A stretch of 44,712 nucleotides of DNA, the filler included, from Streblomastix strix (lineage: Eukaryota): assembly GCA_008636045.1 (NCBI GenBank). It is 2 parts of 2 records of this genome, joined end to end, with 100 filler letters (N's around TTAATTAATTAA, not from the genome) between each part and the next. Parts side by side here need not be neighbours in the genome. Positions count along the whole stretch, not along the records: positions 22,410 to 44,712 come from SNRW01000328.1; 1 more part is not named here. One strand, given 5' to 3'. This document shows, piece after piece, positions 38,185 to 44,712 of the stretch. The position numbers and the translations under genes were made by a program. The first letter of the stretch is position 1. Every line of letters begins with the position of its first letter. The notes under the pieces were generated by a model. That model worked only from the letters and a program-made list of their open reading frames with translations. It had not been told where the DNA came from and did no database searches.

Positions 38185-41100
38185 ATGACTGATGATACGC
38201 GATCGATTGGGTCCATTGGTGTTCATTTCCTTCAAGAGTAACCTGAGAATGAACGATTGAGCCAGATCTACGAAAAGTTCTTTTCTATATTTTTCCCGCT
38301 TTATAGCCAGGCAAAGCGGCCTAGCTCTATGGTACCGCTTGTTCTGTGGTTTGTTTTCTGTGTTCAGATGGTCACACTTGCTCTTTTCCGAATCGACAAC
38401 TCTACAAAATAACAGTCAATACTTTCACTCGTATGAATTTCTCATATATATATTAAGAGAATTTATTTGTATTTACTCTTTTCTGGTTATAGATTGTTAA
38501 CTTTGTGGATTTTTCATCAATAAGTCTTATAGTTGGTAATAATGTATTATATATCGCATTAATACTCCTCATTCTTCTCATAGTAATTATTGGGCTAACA
38601 TTTCTTTGTGCAGTTCTGTATAGAACCCTTATAACCACGTAACCTTGGCTTATAACATTAAATAGAGTATTGCATTAGGCACTTATACGTATATTGTATA
38701 TTCCTATGGTAACAGTATTTGTTACAATGTTTGATTGCTATAAAGATAGTTATCTTAGTGCTGAGGGGACATAAATAATTGGATCAATATGGATAGCTAA
38801 TGGGAATAAATGTTTTGGGAGTATATTTTAAGATTTGGGATTAGTCATTTCAATAATAACATTTCTATTATTAATAACATATAGTATAATATTAACCCTA
38901 TTCATATTCAATCACAATCCAAAGAATGGAGGAATATTCAGTGCACCAAATGGAATATTCAACTGTTTATAACAAATATTTATTTGCTTTGTAACTTTCT
39001 CATAAAGATTTTTATATGAATGGTAATTCTGGAGATTTGTAGTCAGTGTTGGCATTTCAGGAATCACATTAATTATAATAATAATAAAGTAACCATACTA
39101 TTCCATTAAATCCAACTTCTTATCATCAATACCTTGGACAGTATTTGGTGTAATAAGAGCATTCAGTGAATTGTCTTATTTACTTGAAGATTAATATTCA
39201 TCATATATCCCATAAATTATTCTCATAATAATAAGTTTGATTATATCAATATTAATGAACCTAATAATATATTTATTAATTAAGAAATAAAGACAGAAAT
39301 TGATGCTTTTAACTCCAACTGGAAGACCTGTCATCGAATTGGACCCTGAAAAGAGAATTATATATGAAATTTCATAAGATTAAAATAATAAATAATAACT
39401 ATAATAATAAGATGATAATAATATATTGCCATCTCCTCATGTTGCAGTTGATTCCAGTTATTCTCAAATCCCAATATCATAATTACTCCCAAAAATGAAA
39501 GACGATTCTAAAATTGAACCAAGTGTTCGATTTCTTTAAGATATTAAAAAGAACGAAAAAGATATGATTGCATATGCCGACTTAATTTACATTTATGCAT
39601 TGCATAGACATATGTAAAATGCAAAGATACAATTTCATTATGGCAATTTCTTGCACTTTTATCGAAAGAATTATATGAAAGCATAAACTGTATATAAATT
39701 ATCAAGAATAATGCATCCTTCAATTCCCTTATAATTTATATTGTATTGTAAAATGAAAGAAATTGGTGAATAAAGAGGATTAGGTTTAGCATAAAAATAA
39801 GGATTTCAATTAACTGAATAAAACTCGGAGATGAACTAAATTGGAAATTAAGCCATTTCATTTACTTTCCAATCTAAGATGATTGAAGCATAAGAGAAAC
39901 ATGATGAATCTAAAAATGCATTAAAAGATTTCTATGAAAATTTAACATCAACCAAAGTCAATTATAATTTATTATTCTAATTATTAAATATAATTGTTGA
40001 TTCTGAAAAGAGGTCTAGATAATGTTTTGAAGAGTTATTAACTATGCAACCATTTAATGTATCTGTTTTGAGAGGATACGCCAGATTACTATAAGATATT
40101 TATAGGTATATTAATTATATGATGTAAATAGATAATAAATTGAAATAATAATGAATATATCATATTTATTATTATAATTATATTAAACTATTATATTAAA
40201 AGAGATGAGGAATCTGCGGAATCAATTCTTTAAAGAGCAGATCATATTGAAAGAGATCAATAATTTTCTTCTGATGGAATTATTGGTGGAGAATAAGTAT
40301 GTATTAATATAATACAATGAATATGAAATATATATTTTATATTTATATTAAACATTATAATTATAATTATTTATGTATATTCTATTATTATTTTATTATT
40401 ATTTATTTTTAGGAAGAAATGAAAATGTTTGATGTTGCAAACAATGAAGAAAATAAGATGGTTGAAGTAATAAAAGGTTTAAATAACATATTTTTAATAA
40501 AATTTTACAAAAACAAATATATATATTTAAACATATTTATTATTATTATATTATTTAAATATTATAATAATAAGAATAATAAATGGATCTCACAGATTAA
40601 ATGAGATTAGTATCGCCTCCTCCTTTATATAAATAATAATCAAATACAAATGCATCTTTTGTTTCACCTCCACCAACATAATTATTGTCTTAGCCATCAA
40701 ATAGTAAATTAAATGAATTTAAAAAGGGTTTTCAATTTAATAAGAATAAAAATAAATCTTTTTCTTTTTCATCAAAATCATAACAAGAACAAATTTAATA
40801 AAAATAATTATAATAATTATAATAAATGAAAGAATAATAAAAATAAGAAAATCAAAGTTCGAATGTTGAATTGCCAATAAATGAATAATAGAAAGATAAT
40901 GATCAAATGTTTAATACTTTCTAATCGTTTGATTTATTGCTTTAATCATAACAACAAACACAATAGTAGCAATAATAGTAGCAATAATAGTAACAATAAT
41001 AACAATTAATAGCTAAAAATAAGAAATTAAAATAAAAACTGAAAAAGAAGAAGAAGAAGAAAGGTCTCATTACTGATGATAAGAAACTTGTTGAAATATT

Positions 41101-44100
41101 AGTTTGAATTATTAAATTAACAGAAATAAAATTTTATTTATTTTTATATATTATATATATTATATATTACTTTATATAGGAAGGTGTAACATCTTCATAG
41201 TAATATAAATAACATACAGAATCATCTAAATTGAAACTTTAAATAATAACAATAATAATAGTAACCAATTTGTCAGCATTGTTAGCTTAAGTTGTTTCTG
41301 CAGTTATATTCTAAGTTTATGGATAATAGTTTATTATTAATTTAGAGAATTTATACGAAATAACAAAACTAACAAGTTATTAAGTATGCAATATATAAAT
41401 ATTTATATTAATAAACATTTAAATTTAAATAATTATTATGACTTTTTCATAATATTTATTAATTTCATAATTTAGATTAGAGTATCTCCTCATTTTCTTG
41501 TATTGCTCATGTAGGATATTGGTTTGTTTATTAATATATGAAATATTTATATTATTATTATCATATCCTTTCATATATTATTACCATTATCATATCCTTT
41601 CATATATTATTATTATCATAACCTTTCATATATTATTATTATCATAACCTTTCGTATATTATTATTCTTACAATCATTCAATTATTTATTTCAGGATGGG
41701 GATGGTAATATAAAGGTTAAACAGACGATGGCCCTCCAACAATTATTGATTATGAATAGATTGTTTTAGGAATGAAAAATTTATCAGAAAATATTACAAG
41801 TATAATTATTATATTACATTAACTATATAGAAATAAATAGTTTTAAATGAAAACGATAATTATTTATTTTAAACTTTCTTAAAATTAATTTATTTATAAA
41901 TTATTATATGATACTAGCAATAATATAAGATATTTATCAAGTCACTAAAGACACATTTCCTTGGGAGGTATTATTTAACATTCTTTATATTAATTCACTA
42001 ATTACTTTCCTTATTTCTTATTTTGTGTTTATTTTTCTGAATTTAATTATCATTTCTTTATTATCTTATATATTTGTAAAATAGTAATATACCTTATAAA
42101 CCTATATATTCAATATTCATATGGATGCAGCTGATGAAGAAGGATTAGAATAATAATAGTAAGAACAATAGTAAGGGTTAACTTATACCCATTTAGAACC
42201 AAGAATGTATTCATATTCATTAAGAAAATCTAATTTACTAAGAATTTTGACTATAATTGCACAGATGAGTAGAGAAATGTCTTAAATTCCATTGGTTTCT
42301 GAATAATCTGGATCATGTTTGAATTATTAATATAATATTGTTATATTGTATATGATTATATATAATTATTCATACATTCTAATTATATTATACATCCTTT
42401 ATATTCTAAATAGCTCTTACTGGTTAAACTCCTTCAGAAGTTAATATTAATTTTTATTCAGACACAGCATATGTTTGTTTTAATTCAGTTTAAGTTGTAT
42501 TTTGTGCCATGAAAGAAGGTATATAAATAAATAGAAAGTAAAAGAAAGAAAAATATATAAAAAGAAGTAATCAGAATGATTTTTATATTTGAAAGAACAA
42601 TAATCTAAATTTATTTATTTATTTTATATTAATAACAATAATATTTATTTATTTATTTATATATTTATTTATTAGCACTTATCAGTTTTTGGCAAACAAC
42701 ATATGATGGTGCCACTGTTTCATTAGCATTATACATTGTTATTATTTCTCTGTTATCATTATTCACAATAATAATAGTAATAATATCTTTTGTTTACGTC
42801 ACAAGAAAAGTTATTAAGGTATAATAATGTTTTTTTATATAATGAAAATAAGAAAAAAAATATTTTAAATTAACTTATAATATTTAAAATAATAATTTAT
42901 TTAATTAGGAACGTCATAGTGTTATGATTAAATTTCTTGATGTTCCAAAATAGAAGATGTAAACAATTATTAGAAATTTATTATAGGTATTTATTAATTT
43001 ATATTTTAATGTGTTGATGTTGAAAAGAAAAAAAAATGAATATTAATTATTATTATTTATATATCAAATGTAATTTTCAATCATTTTCTTCATAAAATTA
43101 TTTAAATATAAAAGTAGGGTGAAGATAATGACGATATATAAATAACTACAAGTACTGACTATGATATATAATTTGGTTTGATAAAATAATTAGTTTATAA
43201 TATTTAAAGTTAACATCTTTAAAACATATGAAAAACAATAATAAATTTAATTTTTATTTAATTTTTCTTTTATTATTTTACTATTATATTAGGTGAAGGA
43301 AATGTTTAATGGGATACAAAAAATACGAATTAATAATAAAATAATAATGTATTTTAAATAGGAAGCAATGCATAATTAGATTAAATAAAAGAAGATGATG
43401 GGAAAAATGATTTAGAACAACAATTTGATGGAGAAAAAGAATTTAATAATATTGGGAGCTATAATTAGACAACATATGATAAAGTGATAGTATTAGATGG
43501 GAATAATGAATAAAAATAACAAGAAAATAACATGTAACAATTCCAAAACTTAAATTTAAATATTATCTAATCATTATCATAATAATCTTTGTCATTTTAA
43601 TAAAACTAATAATAATTTTCTTCATCATCCTCTAATGCTACTTCGTAATCAACATAAGTATAGTAATAACTATTCCAATCTTCATCACAACCTCCAACTC
43701 CAACATTCTCAGCTCATTCTATATTATAGGAGCAATACTTCCCATAAACTAATCCATCTTCTCCTTCACATTCCATTCATTCATAATAATAATAAATACC
43801 TCTATAATCTATTAGTCCTTCACATTCTCATTCTTAATCTTAATCTTCTTAAACATTTTAGTAACAGTAATTATAATAGAATAATGATATGAATAATATT
43901 AATATGATTATGAATAATACTAATAACTTAATATTTAATTAATCGCCAGGTATCATTCATCCAAATATTACTACAAATATAAATAACATTAAGAATTTAA
44001 ATAATATGAATTATAACAATGCTGAAAACAAAACCATTACAAATACTAAAAGTGTTTCTAGTCTAAAACAACTTCTTACTAAATAATTATCATAAAATGA

Positions 44101-44712
44101 GAAGGGATTTGAGAAATATTAAAATAAATAAGCAAAAGAAAGAAAAGCCTAATAAGATGAAGATGATGAAGAAGATGAAGATTAAATTGAAGAATATCAG
44201 AGACAAAGAAAAAGAGATACGGAAAGAGGAAATTCAATTGGAAGAAAAGGAAAGAATAAAGAAAGAGAATAACAAGGAGATAAATACTAAAGAAGAAACA
44301 GTGATGCTGGAATAGAGGAATTAAGTTAATAACCTGTAAAAAGATAATAAAACAAGAAAAAGGAATTATAGTAAAATGATACAAAAGGTGAATAGAATGA
44401 AAGAAGAAAAGGCACAAATAAGAAAGATAAAGATAAAGATAAAGATAAAGAAAGATATGAATATGAATAAGAGAAAGAAGATGATGATGAAATAGAAAGA
44501 GATAGATATAGATAAAAAAATAAGAAATAAAAATCATTGAATTAAATTGAAAGAGAAAAAGATTAATAAAATGAAAATAATAAAAGAAATAATAAAAAAT
44601 AAAATTATAATAAAAAAATAGAATAAAAAACAAAAAAAGTGGGGAAAAAGAGTAAAAGAATATTAATAAAGAAATAAAAAGGAGGGTAGAAAGGAAATGA
44701 TAATGAAAAGCG
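38185..44712 (+). CDS. TmcB (tiny macrocysts B)-like polytopic membrane protein, multi-exon, continues past the window end
   Basis: N-terminal multi-TM region with QPYY..SN; TPR-like block RQCFEELLTMQPFNVSVLRGYARLLQDIYRDEESAESILQRADHIE; later TM followed by ERHSVMIKFLDVPK. About 13 GT-AG introns (38431-38492, 40106-40202, 40297-40412, 40477-40595, 41102-41179, etc.); last exon open to 44712. Confidence 0.8.
41545..41670. repeat. Intronic tandem repeat, ~24-bp unit ATATTATTATTATCATAWCCTTTC, ~4-5 copies
   Basis: Direct reading within an intron of the TmcB-like gene. Confidence 0.8.

Noticed and set aside
668..44633. Supplied six-frame ORFs (e.g. poly-Leu 28345-28533, Phe-rich 44079-44633, 668-952)
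   Set aside because: Computed with TAA/TAG as stops. Most are antisense or off-frame shadows of real genes or of the MITE; only a few (3953-4264, 27250-27528, 35976-36191, start of 40419) are fragments of true frames.

Overview
AT-rich eukaryotic DNA that reads only with TAA/TAG = Gln and TGA as the sole stop (translation table 6), so the supplied standard-code ORF track is almost entirely spurious. Short GT-AG introns and gene content best fit an oxymonad such as Streblomastix; this is inference, and a ciliate is not excluded. A synthetic 100-bp spacer (44N-TTAATTAATTAA-44N, 22310-22409) joins two probably unrelated contigs. The LEFT part is a nest of DNA mobile elements. (i) A 334-bp hAT-type MITE with a perfect 16-bp TIR and 8-bp TSD sits upstream of a PAM2-motif gene. 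(ii) A decayed Prim-Pol/D5-SF3 primase-helicase gene is split in two by (iii) a 6.26-kb element with ~190-250-bp TIRs and a 6-bp TSD. That element encodes only a protein-primed DNA polymerase B plus one small ORF, with no integrase, capsid or ATPase, i.e. a 'mini-Polinton' or integrated linear-plasmid-like unit. (iv) A second, younger Polinton/Maverick-like fragment carries pPolB (TP-vOTU-exo-HNH-pol), an A32/FtsK packaging ATPase, two unknown ORFs and a shared triple 9-mer motif downstream of two genes. The RIGHT part is host genes: the 3' end of a GH19 lysozyme-like gene, SmD1, a ~2975-aa protein with p101/PIK3R5-like motifs, syntaxin-16, an ARM-like protein with one in-frame TGA, and a TmcB-like multi-exon membrane protein running off the end. 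All calls come from manual translation and motif recognition; no searches were run.
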